Source: Candidatus Nomurabacteria bacterium (GTDB lineage Bacteria; Patescibacteriota; Minisyncoccia; Phycocordibacterales; SBAW01). Taken from it: a stretch of DNA of 64,000 nucleotides. The number at the start of each line of letters is the position of its first letter. Position 1 is the first letter of the stretch. Where the stretch lies: positions 223,900 to 287,899 of the forward strand of contig CALREW010000001.1 of assembly GCA_943356415.1 (NCBI GenBank), read 5' to 3'. The position numbers were made by a program, and so were the translations under genes. Under the pieces are notes generated by a model, which saw only the letters and a program-made list of their open reading frames with translations, had not been told where the DNA came from and did no database searches. Shown here piece by piece: positions 27,963 through 38,136 of the stretch.

Positions 27963-30900
27963 ATGCCACTCACGCAGAAAATAAAAAAGCGCAACGGTGA
28001 AATCGCTGATTTCCATCGTGAAAAAATCGCCATCGCAATAAGCAAAGCGTTTCTTTCTGTTCTTCGCGATCCACACACTGAAGAGTCTGCCGCAATCGGT
28101 CGCACGGTGATTGAAGCGATCGAGCGCAAGTACGGTGAGAACCCGTCCATCATTCCTTCGGTTGAAGATATTCAAGACCTCGTAGAAAACGCACTCATGA
28201 GTCGTGGGTACTTTGCGGTTGCAAAGCACTACATCATCTATCGATACGAACATCAGAAAGAACGCGAGGCACGCAAAGAAGAAGTAAAACAACTTATCGC
28301 AACGCGTCAGTTGTCGGTGCGCAAGCGTGACGGACGCACGGAAGCATTTTCTTTGGAAAAAGTTCGTACGTCGCTCATGTTCGCGGTCGCCGGACAATCC
28401 GGCATCGACATCGACACGCTCGTGCGCCAAGTTGAAATGGAAGTGTTCGACGGTATCGAAACAAAAGACATCACGCGCACCCTCATCATGGTGACGCGTT
28501 CGATGATCGAAATTGAACCGGGCTACTCCAAAGTTGCAGCACGCCTCCTTCTCTCTTCTATTAATGGAGAGACTATGGGGCATGGCTTTGACTACACGCA
28601 GTTCGATGCACTCTATCGCCAAGCGTTTATTGCAAACGTCCGCAAAGCAGTTGAGTTGAAGAAGCTCGATCCAGAGCTTCTTACCTTTGATCTTGAAGCT
28701 ATCGCTAAGATGCTACGCCCGGAACGCGATGACAACCTGCTCTATCTCGGTCTACAAACCCTCGCCGACCGCTACTTTGTACGTGTGTCAGATAAAGGAG
28801 CGCTTCTTGAGAGTCCTCAATACTTCTTTATGCGTGTGGCCATGGGACTTGCCCTCGCTGAGAAAAAGGAAGTACGTATGAAATGGACCGAGGAGTTCTA
28901 CGACGTTATGTCACAACTTCACTATGTTCCTTCTACCCCGACCCTCTTTAACGCTGGTACTCCAGTAGCCCAGCTCTCCTCTTGTTACCTCAACACGGTG
29001 ATGGATGACTTGAGCCACATATTTAAGGTATATGGCGATAACGCTCAGCTCTCCAAGTGGACGGGCGGCATCGGCACCGACTACACCAACCTCCGCGGCA
29101 CGGGCGCCCGTATTGGTTCTACGACCGGCATGACCAGCCAGGGCGTCGTTCCCTTCCTTAAGATCTCAAACGACGTCACGGTGGCTATTAACCGTTCGGG
29201 ACGCCGCCGCGGTGCCACCTGCGCATACCTCGAGACCTGGCACTACGACATCGAAGACTTCATCGAACTTCGCAAGAACACCGGTGACGAGCGCCGCCGC
29301 ACCCACGACATGAACACGGCCAACTGGGTGCCGGACCTCTTTATGAAGCGCATCCGTGAAGATGGCGAATGGACACTCTTCTCTCCTGAAGAAGTTCCTG
29401 AACTCCACCACCTCTACGGTCGCGCATTTGAAGAAGCGTACGTTGCCGCAGAAGCTCGCGCTGATCAAAAGTCGATCAAGCTCTTCAAGCGCATGAAAGC
29501 GCGTGATCTCTGGAAGAAGATGCTCACACAGCTCTTCGAGACTGGACATCCGTGGATTACGTTCAAAGATCCGTCCAACATTCGCTCTCCGCAAGATCAC
29601 GCTGGTGTCGTGCATAACTCCAACCTCTGCACCGAAATCACACTCAACACCTCTGCTGAAGAAACCGCAGTCTGCAACCTCGGTTCCGTTAACTTTGCAC
29701 GTCACATAAAGGAAGGAGCGTTCGACGGCGAGAAAGTTGCTCGCACGGTCACAACCGCGATGCGCATGCTCGACAACGTTATCGACATCAACTTCTACCC
29801 CACCAAGGAAGCAAAGACTTCCAACATGCGTCATCGCCCGGTTGGTCTTGGCATCATGGGTTTCCAAGATGCGCTCTATCAACTCGGTATCAACTTCGAC
29901 AGCAATGAATGCGTAGACTTCGCAGACCGTTCGATGGAAATCGTTTCCTACTACGCAATACTCGGCTCTTCGCAACTTGCCAAAGAACGCGGTGCGTACG
30001 AATCGTTCAAAGGTTCCAAATGGGATCGCAACATCTTCCCGGTGGACACACTCGGTCTTCTTGAGCGCGAGCGCGGTGAAGCTATCGCCACCAACCGCAC
30101 AGAGCGCCTCGACTGGAGCGTAGTGCGCGCGTCGGTCAAAGAAAACGGCATGCGAAACAGTAACTGCATGGCTATCGCTCCGACTGCAACTATCTCCAAT
30201 ATCTCTGGCTGCACCGCAACCATTGAGCCCATGTACAAAAACATCTACGTCAAATCAAACATCTCAGGAGACTTCACAGTGGTAAATCCTTACCTCATTG
30301 AGGATCTCCGCCGCCTCGGCCTTTGGGATGCGGAGATGCTGGGTAAGCTGAAGTACCACGATGGCTCCATTGCACAGATACTCGAAATACCAGAAGAGAT
30401 ACGCGCCCGCTATAAAGAGACCTTCGAAGTAGATATGCAGTGGGTCATCAACGCCGCCGCCCATCGTGGCAAGTGGATAGACCAGTCGCAGTCCCTCAAC
30501 ATTTACTTTAAAGGCCAGTCAGGCAAGGACCTCTCGGATATCTATTTCCTAGCCTGGAATATGGGCCTTAAAACGACCTATTACCTCCGTACCGTTGCCG
30601 CCTCACAGGTTGAAAAGTCTACCGTCAGCATCGCTGAACACGGCGCAACCCACCTCCGCAAAAAGGATGAATCCTCTAATTCCTCAATGCCAGCACCAGT
30701 CACCCCCGTTGTCCCAATAGCTGCTTCGTCCATTCATGCGCAGTCTCCGGTTGTTGAAGGCGTAAAGATGAGTGCCGTTGCAGCCGCTGTTGGTGTCATT
30801 GCACCTATGTCCTCGGCAGCATCTATAACCACCGCCGTTAATGCCGCAAAGGCTGTCCACGTCCCTGGTGCAGAAGCCATTGCTTCGCCTATCAAAGCTG

Positions 30901-30989
30901 CTGATGTTACCCCGGTTCCCGTTGCTCAACCAAAAAAGGAGTACAAGATAGAAGTCATTGGAGACGCAGTGTGCGAAGCGTGCGAGTAA
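27963..30989 (+). CDS. nrdA: ribonucleoside-diphosphate reductase alpha subunit, with ATP-cone and a long C-terminal tail
   Basis: N-terminal ATP-cone and the NLCTEI active-site loop. An Ala/Val/Pro-rich C-terminal extension of about 110 aa ends in C-E-A-C-E. Confidence 0.85.
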   Translation: MPLTQKIKKRNGEIADFHREKIAIAISKAFLSVLRDPHTEESAAIGRTVIEAIERKYGENPSIIPSVEDIQDLVENALMSRGYFAVAKHYIIYRYEHQKEREARKEEVKQLIATRQLSVRKRDGRTEAFSLEKVRTSLMFAVAGQSGIDIDTLVRQVEMEVFDGIETKDITRTLIMVTRSMIEIEPGYSKVAARLLLSSINGETMGHGFDYTQFDALYRQAFIANVRKAVELKKLDPELLTFDLEAIAKMLRPERDDNLLYLGLQTLADRYFVRVSDKGALLESPQYFFMRVAMGLALAEKKEVRMKWTEEFYDVMSQLHYVPSTPTLFNAGTPVAQLSSCYLNTVMDDLSHIFKVYGDNAQLSKWTGGIGTDYTNLRGTGARIGSTTGMTSQGVVPFLKISNDVTVAINRSGRRRGATCAYLETWHYDIEDFIELRKNTGDERRRTHDMNTANWVPDLFMKRIREDGEWTLFSPEEVPELHHLYGRAFEEAYVAAEARADQKSIKLFKRMKARDLWKKMLTQLFETGHPWITFKDPSNIRSPQDHAGVVHNSNLCTEITLNTSAEETAVCNLGSVNFARHIKEGAFDGEKVARTVTTAMRMLDNVIDINFYPTKEAKTSNMRHRPVGLGIMGFQDALYQLGINFDSNECVDFADRSMEIVSYYAILGSSQLAKERGAYESFKGSKWDRNIFPVDTLGLLERERGEAIATNRTERLDWSVVRASVKENGMRNSNCMAIAPTATISNISGCTATIEPMYKNIYVKSNISGDFTVVNPYLIEDLRRLGLWDAEMLGKLKYHDGSIAQILEIPEEIRARYKETFEVDMQWVINAAAHRGKWIDQSQSLNIYFKGQSGKDLSDIYFLAWNMGLKTTYYLRTVAASQVEKSTVSIAEHGATHLRKKDESSNSSMPAPVTPVVPIAASSIHAQSPVVEGVKMSAVAAAVGVIAPMSSAASITTAVNAAKAVHVPGAEAIASPIKAADVTPVPVAQPKKEYKIEVIGDAVCEACE

Positions 30990-31073
30990 AAATCAGATAA
31001 TAGAAAGTAGAAATCAGAATATTATAGAAAAACGCTCTTCCTCTCTACTATCTAATCTCTAAATTCTACTCAT

Positions 31074-32108
31074 ATGGCCATACAGAGAAATGCCCCGCCC
31101 GTAGACGTCAACCAACGCCGCATCATGGGCGGTACTGAAGCCGACGTCATCCAGCTGTATCCCATGAAGCACAAGTTCGCTTGGGAGTACTACAACACCG
31201 CCAACGCCAACCACTGGCTTCCGACCGAAATCTCCATGCAGCTCGATATCGAGCAATGGAAATCCCCGACCGCGCTTTCTGCTGACGAAAGGCGGGCGTT
31301 CGAGACCGTGCTCGGTTTCTTCACCACCGCAGACTCCATCGCCGCAAACAACATCGTGATGGGTTTCTACAAGCACGTCTCCTCGCCTGAGGTGCGCATG
31401 TACTTGCTGCGCCAGGCATACGAAGAGGCCATCCACACACACGCGTACCAATACATCGTTGAATCGCTCGGTCTCAACCAGGCCAAGATCTTCAACATGT
31501 ACCGCGAGATTGACTCCATCTACAACAAAGAGGAGTTTATCCTCGGCTTCAACGAAGGTATCTTCGACGGCGACTTCAAGATGGACACGTTCGAGAATAA
31601 ACAAAAGTTCCTTGAGAACTGGTGTGTATTCTCACTTATCCTCGAAGGTATCTTCTTCTATTCGTCCTTTGCGGTAATGCTCGGCTTCCAGCGCCAACAC
31701 AAACTGACTGGCTCTGCAGAGCAGATTCAATACATCATGCGCGACGAGTCGATGCACCTAAACTTCGGCGTTGAAGTCATCAACACCATCAAGGAAGAAA
31801 ATCCGGAACTTTGGACCAATGACTTCGCTCGCAAAATTATCGAGCTCGTTAAGAAGGCCGTGGTGCTTGAATATACGTTCGCTAAAGAAGTCTTCCCGAC
31901 CGGCATCTTCGGTATGAACGCCGATGGCTTCAAGCAGTACATCGAGTACATCGCCGACCGCCGCTTGCAGCGCGTAGGCCTCACACCGCAATACAACGTC
32001 CAAAACCCATTCCCCTGGATGTCTGAAGCGATTGACCTATCCAAGGAGAAGAACTTCTTCGAAACCAGGGTCATCGAATATCAGGTCGGTGGTCAACTAA
32101 ACTGGTAA
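31074..32108 (+). CDS. nrdB: ribonucleoside-diphosphate reductase beta subunit
   Basis: E..H iron ligands (EEAIHTHAYQYI, DESMHLNFG) and the radical-site Tyr context. Confidence 0.85.
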   Translation: MAIQRNAPPVDVNQRRIMGGTEADVIQLYPMKHKFAWEYYNTANANHWLPTEISMQLDIEQWKSPTALSADERRAFETVLGFFTTADSIAANNIVMGFYKHVSSPEVRMYLLRQAYEEAIHTHAYQYIVESLGLNQAKIFNMYREIDSIYNKEEFILGFNEGIFDGDFKMDTFENKQKFLENWCVFSLILEGIFFYSSFAVMLGFQRQHKLTGSAEQIQYIMRDESMHLNFGVEVINTIKEENPELWTNDFARKIIELVKKAVVLEYTFAKEVFPTGIFGMNADGFKQYIEYIADRRLQRVGLTPQYNVQNPFPWMSEAIDLSKEKNFFETRVIEYQVGGQLNW

Positions 32109-32247
32109 CTAGAACTTTCTAAAAGTCTCACCTGCTGTGTTGCGGGGCCCCAAGCACTCGTCACCGTATACGAGATACGTCTCCTCGTACTTATCCCCGC
32201 GCCTTGCATCTGAAAACTTTTAGAGAGTTCCGAGACTCCAAACACAT

Positions 32248-32646
32248 ATGCGACATATCACATTTCGACTAAAGGGCGGACAGCTTCTAAAAGAAGAAAT
32301 TGAGCTACAAGCGAAGAATATTCCTGCAGGAGTCTTGCTTTCTGTCGTCGGCGCCCTTGAGAACGTGAATCTGCGTATGGCAGGTGCAACGCCTGACCGA
32401 CAAGATATTCGAAATCTTGAAGGTCCTTTTGAAATCGTCTCGGGTATCGGAACAGTTTCAAGTAGTGGATGCCACCTCCACCTTTCTGTTTCTGACAAAG
32501 AAGGAAGGGTACTGGGAGGCCACCTCAAGGAGGGTTGTCGTGTTGGGGTAACGGTGGAGGTGGTTATAGGTGTACTTGAAGGCACGACTTACAGACGAAC
32601 CCTGGACGAAGACACAGGGTTTAAAGAGTTAGAAACCCAAACATGA
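32248..32646 (+). CDS. PPC (DUF296) domain protein
   Basis: GPFEIVSGIGTVS..G.HLHLSVSD.EGRVLGGHL core. Stop overlaps the next start (ATGA). Confidence 0.55.
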   Translation: MRHITFRLKGGQLLKEEIELQAKNIPAGVLLSVVGALENVNLRMAGATPDRQDIRNLEGPFEIVSGIGTVSSSGCHLHLSVSDKEGRVLGGHLKEGCRVGVTVEVVIGVLEGTTYRRTLDEDTGFKELETQT

Positions 32647-33125
32647 CCCAGCACGACAGTGAGACGCCGGCAGAAGGTAAGCAGGTTATAACTGCGTGCG
32701 CGTTTATTCATCACAACTTTGATGGCGTAGAGAAAGTTTTTCTACCCAAGCGTGCTGCGACGAAGAAGTTTCTGCCGAATGTGTTTGAGCTACCTGGCGG
32801 ACATATAGACTTCGGTGAAGATATTGTAGAAGGATTGAAGCGCGAAGTGATGGAGGAACACGGTATGAATATCTCCGTGGGAGACCCGTTTGCGGTTTTT
32901 ACGTATCTAAACAAAGTAAAAGGCTCGCACTCCGTTGAGGCAGTGTATTTTGCCTCCTTCACCGACCCGCTCGAAAATATCCGCCTAAACCCAGAAGACC
33001 ATTCAGAGTACCGTTGGGCAGCTGAAGAAGAAATTGAGGCTTTAACGGAACTAAGCGGCGAAGAGCGAGACAATACCTACAAGGGCTTTGCTCTCCTTCG
33101 CGGCGAACCTCATATATTTGGGTGA
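32643..33125 (+). CDS. Nudix hydrolase
   Basis: Nudix box GGHIDFGEDIVEGLKREVMEEHG. Confidence 0.7.
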   Translation: MTQHDSETPAEGKQVITACAFIHHNFDGVEKVFLPKRAATKKFLPNVFELPGGHIDFGEDIVEGLKREVMEEHGMNISVGDPFAVFTYLNKVKGSHSVEAVYFASFTDPLENIRLNPEDHSEYRWAAEEEIEALTELSGEERDNTYKGFALLRGEPHIFG

Positions 33126-33128
33126 TGT

Positions 33129-33656
33129 ATGAATAAGGAAGACCGACAAAATCTCACCGCCCTCATTGAGGCAAACGGAGGTGCCGATTGGTGGGACCCG
33201 CAGGAGTTTCAGGCTTCTGTTCGCGCAAAACTCCCCACACAGCTCCAGATACTTTCTGTTCCTCCGTCTCCTGCATCAAACTACAATTGTTTCGTATACG
33301 CCCTCGGCCTCGAAGGTCGTAAGGCATTCCTTGGAGGCAATAACCCAGTCCAAAAGGAATTTATTCAACATCTCCTAAATAAAGGTGTACTCGGGCTAGT
33401 TGAAAAGCCTACAGAAGGTGATCTTATTTTTTATAAAGATGAAGGTGGCACAATAACCCACGGCGGGATTGTAAGCGCCGGCGGAAAAATATCTTCAAAA
33501 TGGATGTGGGGCGCACTCTTCTCCCACGAAACCTGGGATGTTCCTTCTTCTTTCGGAGATATTGTTTTCTATACAAACAGACCTCTACCTGAAGTGCTAG
33601 AAAAAGAATACGAGGATTACAAAAACAGTGGAGCCATCATTAATCCAATTCAATAA
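33129..33656 (+). CDS. papain-fold Cys/His hydrolase-like protein (NlpC/P60 or CHAP-type), tentative
   Basis: Y-N-C-F-V-Y-A-L-G, then GDLIFY...ITHGGIV, follows the Cys...His order of NlpC/P60. Family not certain. Confidence 0.35.
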   Translation: MNKEDRQNLTALIEANGGADWWDPQEFQASVRAKLPTQLQILSVPPSPASNYNCFVYALGLEGRKAFLGGNNPVQKEFIQHLLNKGVLGLVEKPTEGDLIFYKDEGGTITHGGIVSAGGKISSKWMWGALFSHETWDVPSSFGDIVFYTNRPLPEVLEKEYEDYKNSGAIINPIQ

Positions 33657-34099
33657 TGGCTGAACATTTTAAAATTATGCCAGCGGTGTTCTTAGTTCTT
33701 ATCAAGGACGGTACCGTTCTACTTGCTCGGCGAGCCAATACTGGCCATCAAGATGGAAACTACGGCCTCCCTGCTGGGCACCTCGAGCAAGGAGAGTCAG
33801 TGCGTGAAGGCATTGTTCGTGAAGCGCGGGAGGAGGTAGCCGTTATTCTCGAGACTGAGGATATGAGCGTCGTACACGTCATGCAGCGCAACAAAGATGT
33901 TCCAGGTAAGGAATACGTAGACTTCTATCTCACTGCCAATCACTGGGCCGGTGAACCTAAAAATAACGAGCCCGAAAAGTGCGACGACGTCGCTTGGTTT
34001 CCACTCGACAACTTGCCTCCAAACACTATTCCCTACGTGCGCCAAGCCATAGACTGCATCCGCCGCAATCAACACTTCTCCGAATTCAACTTCAACTAA
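33656..34099 (+). CDS. Nudix hydrolase
   Basis: Nudix box GHLEQGESVREGIVREAREEVAV. Start overlaps the previous stop (TAATGG). Confidence 0.7.
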   Translation: MAEHFKIMPAVFLVLIKDGTVLLARRANTGHQDGNYGLPAGHLEQGESVREGIVREAREEVAVILETEDMSVVHVMQRNKDVPGKEYVDFYLTANHWAGEPKNNEPEKCDDVAWFPLDNLPPNTIPYVRQAIDCIRRNQHFSEFNFN

Positions 34100-34177
34100 C
34101 AAAGCTAGCGTATTTAAAAAAACACACTCCTTGTCGCTATAGAGACAAGGAGTGTGTTTTTGCTTTTACCTAATGAA

Positions 34178-34636
34178 TTAGGCCGCTTTGGGCAAATCTC
34201 TCTCTATCATATGGTCACCCAAGATGCTCTCTATCTCATGCATGCGCTCATTCGCATCAAACGAGTCCTTCGTCTCACTAGAAAGCAACCGATCGAATGT
34301 GGGGGCAACTGCATCAAGTGCTCCTTTAAGCTTTTCTGCCGCTTTTGGGTCTGAAAGAGTCGCAAGATGCGCCTTTAAAGCACTTTGGTACGCAGCCGCC
34401 TCTTCCTTTATAAAAGGCATTTGCTCTTCTCCACCTTCAAGATTACCGAATGCAACTTTAAAGTAATTGGCTGAGGTTGCGACATTCTGTGGAATGATTC
34501 TAATCGCCAACTCGAAACCTTTTTTAGCACGCACCTGATCTCGACTAAGTCCTGAGTCATTCGCCTCTATGCGAGGAGGTCTATTCATGTTCATAGCAAT
34601 AACTATATGCCGGCCTGCTTCGTTTGCAATAGGCAC
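34178..34636 (-). CDS. hypothetical protein (152 aa)
   Basis: Intact ORF upstream of truB; no motif. Confidence 0.35.
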   Translation of the reverse strand: MPIANEAGRHIVIAMNMNRPPRIEANDSGLSRDQVRAKKGFELAIRIIPQNVATSANYFKVAFGNLEGGEEQMPFIKEEAAAYQSALKAHLATLSDPKAAEKLKGALDAVAPTFDRLLSSETKDSFDANERMHEIESILGDHMIERDLPKAA

Positions 34637-34644
34637 ATTCGCCT

Positions 34645-35412
34645 TTATTTCAAGGCTTTTTCGGCAGTGTGTTCCCCTACTTTAGTACGCAAAATATGGA
34701 GCGCGAGCGCTGGTACACCCAAAGATTCACCGAGGCGATTTGCGATACTTCTCATATAGGAGCCACTCGAGCACGAGACGCGTACCGAAACGCATGGGTA
34801 TTCGCGCGTACCGTCGGCAAATAGTTTCTGCTTCCATAAGCGCATCACTTCTTCTTGTCTAAAATCTCCCTGCACCCGATCGATAGAATCCTCGATATAG
34901 GCGAGTAGTTGTGGTTCTTTAATTTTGTATCCTTTCTCAAGATCAATCTGGTGGATGGTCACCGTGCGCTGGGGCAGCATCATTGCTTCAATCGCGCCAC
35001 TGCGCGCCCACGACCACAGCGACTTTCCTTCTACCGTCTTGCTTGAAAACGGCGGGTACTCTTGGCTCAGCGTTCCTCGAAATTGGTTTAAGCCCATTCG
35101 TACTTCTTTGAGGCTAAGTCCCTCTGGTTCAGCCGCTTGCCGCACTTTACCGAGGATGTCGTAGGAGTCGGTCGAAAATCCGAAAAGAATATCGAGTACG
35201 TACTCTTTTGAAAGTTCCAGGTATTCGTCGCGTCTTTTGTTTTCAGGACCCACCAAACACAGCAATACCCCCTCGGCCATAGGGTCGAGACGACCGGCGT
35301 ACGAGAGCACTTCGGTCGCATATTGGGGCTTCTGGACACGCAGGCGCTCCAAGCGCTCCCGGGGTGTTTCCCCGAGCTGTTTGTATAGATTGACTACGCC
35401 CGCGCTTTTCAT
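34645..35412 (-). CDS. truB: tRNA pseudouridine(55) synthase
   Basis: GRLDPMAEGVLL catalytic Asp motif and TruB fold; 255 aa. Confidence 0.8.
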   Translation of the reverse strand: MKSAGVVNLYKQLGETPRERLERLRVQKPQYATEVLSYAGRLDPMAEGVLLCLVGPENKRRDEYLELSKEYVLDILFGFSTDSYDILGKVRQAAEPEGLSLKEVRMGLNQFRGTLSQEYPPFSSKTVEGKSLWSWARSGAIEAMMLPQRTVTIHQIDLEKGYKIKEPQLLAYIEDSIDRVQGDFRQEEVMRLWKQKLFADGTREYPCVSVRVSCSSGSYMRSIANRLGESLGVPALALHILRTKVGEHTAEKALK

Positions 35413-35438
35413 ACGTTTCTGCTACAATAGCTCACAAC

Positions 35439-36689
35439 ATGGCAGATAGCCAAAAAAAGCTTTCTACTGAGGCCTATAAGGGTGTTCGCGACTTCTACCC
35501 CGAGGAACAAGCGGTTCAGAACTTCATGTTCGACACGCTCAAACGCTTTGTTGAAAAAGTGGGGTACGTTGAGTATGGCGCCTCCATTCTTGAGCCAGCC
35601 GAGCTCTACCGCAGCAAGGGGGCAGAAAATGCCGAGATGGTAAACGAGCAGACGTACACCTTCACCGATCGAGGTGACCGCGAAGTAACGCTGCGCCCTG
35701 AGATGACCCCAACCGTTGCCCGCATGGTGGCGGCAAGGCGTCGCGACTTGGGCTTCCCGCTTCGTCTCTACTCGATCCCAAATGTCTTCCGCTATGAGCG
35801 CCCGCAAAAAGGACGCCTCCGCGAACACTGGCAACTTAACGTCGACATTTTCGGTACTAAATCCTCATATGCAGATGCGGAGATACTCGGTGTTGCATAC
35901 GGCATCATGCGAACCTTTGGTGCTAAAGAGAGCGATTTTGTTATCAAAGTAGGTTCACGCTCATACCTTGATGCATTTGCAAAGGAGCGTGGTTTAACTG
36001 ACGAGCAGTACAAAACTCTGCGTCGTCTTCTTGATGCAAAGGACAAGATGACCGCTCAAGAATTTGAAGCGGGCTTAAGTGAGCTCGAGATAGAACCAGG
36101 CATGCTTTCTGCAGACAATCCTCCTGCAGATATCGAACAGATGCTGAAAGAGTTTGCCGCTGCAAATATCAACAATATTGTGTACGACCCATCTATTGTT
36201 CGCGGCTTCGACTACTACACTGGCATGGTGTTTGAAGTCTTTAATACCAACCCAGAAAATAGACGTGCCCTCTTCGGTGGTGGCCGCTACGACAACCTCA
36301 CCGCGCTCTTTGACGACGAGCCGTGCCCTGGCGTTGGTTTTGGTATGGGCGACGTTACGCTGCGGGATTTCCTTGCTTCTCGCAATCTTATCCCGGCATA
36401 TGTGCCACCCACACACGTCTACATTGCGATTACTTCACCAGAACTTGCCGGCAAGGCGCAGACGTTTGCCGGAGACTTACGCGAGGCCGGTGTTAACGTT
36501 GCGATCGACTTTGGCGACAGAAAACTTGCAGACCAGATACGCATGGCAAGCAAGCACAAAATCCGTCACCTTATCGTGCTCGGTGAAGATGAAATCACCT
36601 CGGGCAATATCAAAATAAAGGATATGGAGTCTGGCGATGAGAGTCTGCTCTCTAAAGCAGATGTTGCTGCGTTCTTGCTTAAGGCGTAA
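35439..36689 (+). CDS. hisS: histidine--tRNA ligase
   Basis: GVRDFYPEE, class II motifs 1-3 and a C-terminal anticodon-binding domain. Confidence 0.85.
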   Translation: MADSQKKLSTEAYKGVRDFYPEEQAVQNFMFDTLKRFVEKVGYVEYGASILEPAELYRSKGAENAEMVNEQTYTFTDRGDREVTLRPEMTPTVARMVAARRRDLGFPLRLYSIPNVFRYERPQKGRLREHWQLNVDIFGTKSSYADAEILGVAYGIMRTFGAKESDFVIKVGSRSYLDAFAKERGLTDEQYKTLRRLLDAKDKMTAQEFEAGLSELEIEPGMLSADNPPADIEQMLKEFAAANINNIVYDPSIVRGFDYYTGMVFEVFNTNPENRRALFGGGRYDNLTALFDDEPCPGVGFGMGDVTLRDFLASRNLIPAYVPPTHVYIAITSPELAGKAQTFAGDLREAGVNVAIDFGDRKLADQIRMASKHKIRHLIVLGEDEITSGNIKIKDMESGDESLLSKADVAAFLLKA

Positions 36690-36700
36690 CAATCTTCCGT

Positions 36701-37282
36701 ATGGCCGCGCCGCGTAAAATTACTTTTGACATTGAGACGTCTAATGAATTTATAGGCGGAGATTTCAACCCACTAAAACTCGATTTAGCACTTGTTGGTA
36801 TCCACGATAGCGCGAATGACGAATACTCAAGCTACACCCAGGAAGAACTGCCGAAGCTCTGGCCTATTATCGAAAAGGCCGACATCCTGATCGGCTACAA
36901 CTCAGACCACTTCGATATTCCCTTGCTCGGCAAATACTATCCGGGTGACCTCACCAAAATAAAGAGTATCGACCTGCTCAAAGAAGTGCGCGCCGTGCTT
37001 GGACGCCGTCTTAAACTCGATTCTCTTGCCGAGGCAACCTTGGGACGGAAAAAGATAGGCGACGGCCTTCAATCCATCCGCTGGTGGAAGGAGGGCAAAG
37101 TAGAGGAAGTTCGTAAGTATTGCATCGAAGACGTCCGTATCACTAAAGATATCTACGACTACGCGCGTGCGAACAAACGCCTTAAATATATGGATTACGA
37201 AGGTGTGCGTGAGATAAAAATAGACTCATCAAAATGGGAGAAGGGGGCGGATCATGCACTCACTCATACGTTGCCATTTTAA
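36701..37282 (+). CDS. DEDD-type 3'-5' exonuclease-like protein
   Basis: FDIETS (Exo I), YNSDHFDIPLL (Exo II), YCIEDVRITKDIYDY (Exo III). Confidence 0.55.
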   Translation: MAAPRKITFDIETSNEFIGGDFNPLKLDLALVGIHDSANDEYSSYTQEELPKLWPIIEKADILIGYNSDHFDIPLLGKYYPGDLTKIKSIDLLKEVRAVLGRRLKLDSLAEATLGRKKIGDGLQSIRWWKEGKVEEVRKYCIEDVRITKDIYDYARANKRLKYMDYEGVREIKIDSSKWEKGADHALTHTLPF

Positions 37283-37303
37283 CGTTACGCTACGACTGAG
37301 TAG

Positions 37304-38086
37304 TTAGAGGCTGGCGGCAAGAATAATAAGAGCGGCCAGTCCGAGCCGATACCAGACAAACGGCAATAAAGAATGCGTACGCAAAAACTTGAGCATAAAG
37401 TGGATGGCCGTAAAGCCTGAAATAAACGCCGCAAGCGCGGCAATAGCAATCGGAGTTGCATCCGCACCCAGCGTCCCACTTTGGTTGAGTTCGAGTAGAC
37501 CCTTCAGTCCCGCGCCAAAAATAAGCGGTGCAGAAAGTAAGAACGCAAAACGCGTAGCTGCCTCACGGGTAAGTCCCACTAAAAGACCTCCGACAATGGA
37601 CATACCGGAGCGACTCATGCCGGGAATAAGTGCGAGCGCTTGGAAGAGTCCTACAAGAAATCCTTTTTTCGCAGAAAGTTCAGCCCTCCCATTTGCATAT
37701 CGCTCTCCAATGATAAAAAGTGCTGAGCCAGCGATAAGCCCAGCTGCTACCCAAAGCGAACTGCGAAATGTGGTGGCAATCGCTCCTTCGGCAAAAAAAC
37801 CAACCGCTGCAGCGGGTATCGTGCCGAGGATAAGTGCAAAAAGAAGCGTTCGTTCCTCACGTTCACCGCGCAAGGTTCCGACTACGATGTCGACAATATC
37901 TCGAAAGAAATAAACGACCACCGCCAGCACCGCGGCCATATTAAGGACGGCGTCTACGGCCAACCCTGAGGAAATCTGTAGGCCTAGGAGGTCTCGAACG
38001 ACTATGAGGTGCCCAGTTGAGGATACCGGCAAAAACTCAGTAAGGCCTTCTACAAGGCCCAATATAAGGCCGTCTATTAGGGTCAT
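37304..38086 (-). CDS. uppP: undecaprenyl-diphosphatase
   Basis: LGLVEGLTEFLPVSSTGHL signature and 8 TM helices. Confidence 0.8.
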   Translation of the reverse strand: MTLIDGLILGLVEGLTEFLPVSSTGHLIVVRDLLGLQISSGLAVDAVLNMAAVLAVVVYFFRDIVDIVVGTLRGEREERTLLFALILGTIPAAAVGFFAEGAIATTFRSSLWVAAGLIAGSALFIIGERYANGRAELSAKKGFLVGLFQALALIPGMSRSGMSIVGGLLVGLTREAATRFAFLLSAPLIFGAGLKGLLELNQSGTLGADATPIAIAALAAFISGFTAIHFMLKFLRTHSLLPFVWYRLGLAALIILAASL

Positions 38087-38136
38087 TTGTGCTAGAATCG
38101 TACCATACCCGTATAGGGAGATAAGCCTTAAAACAC

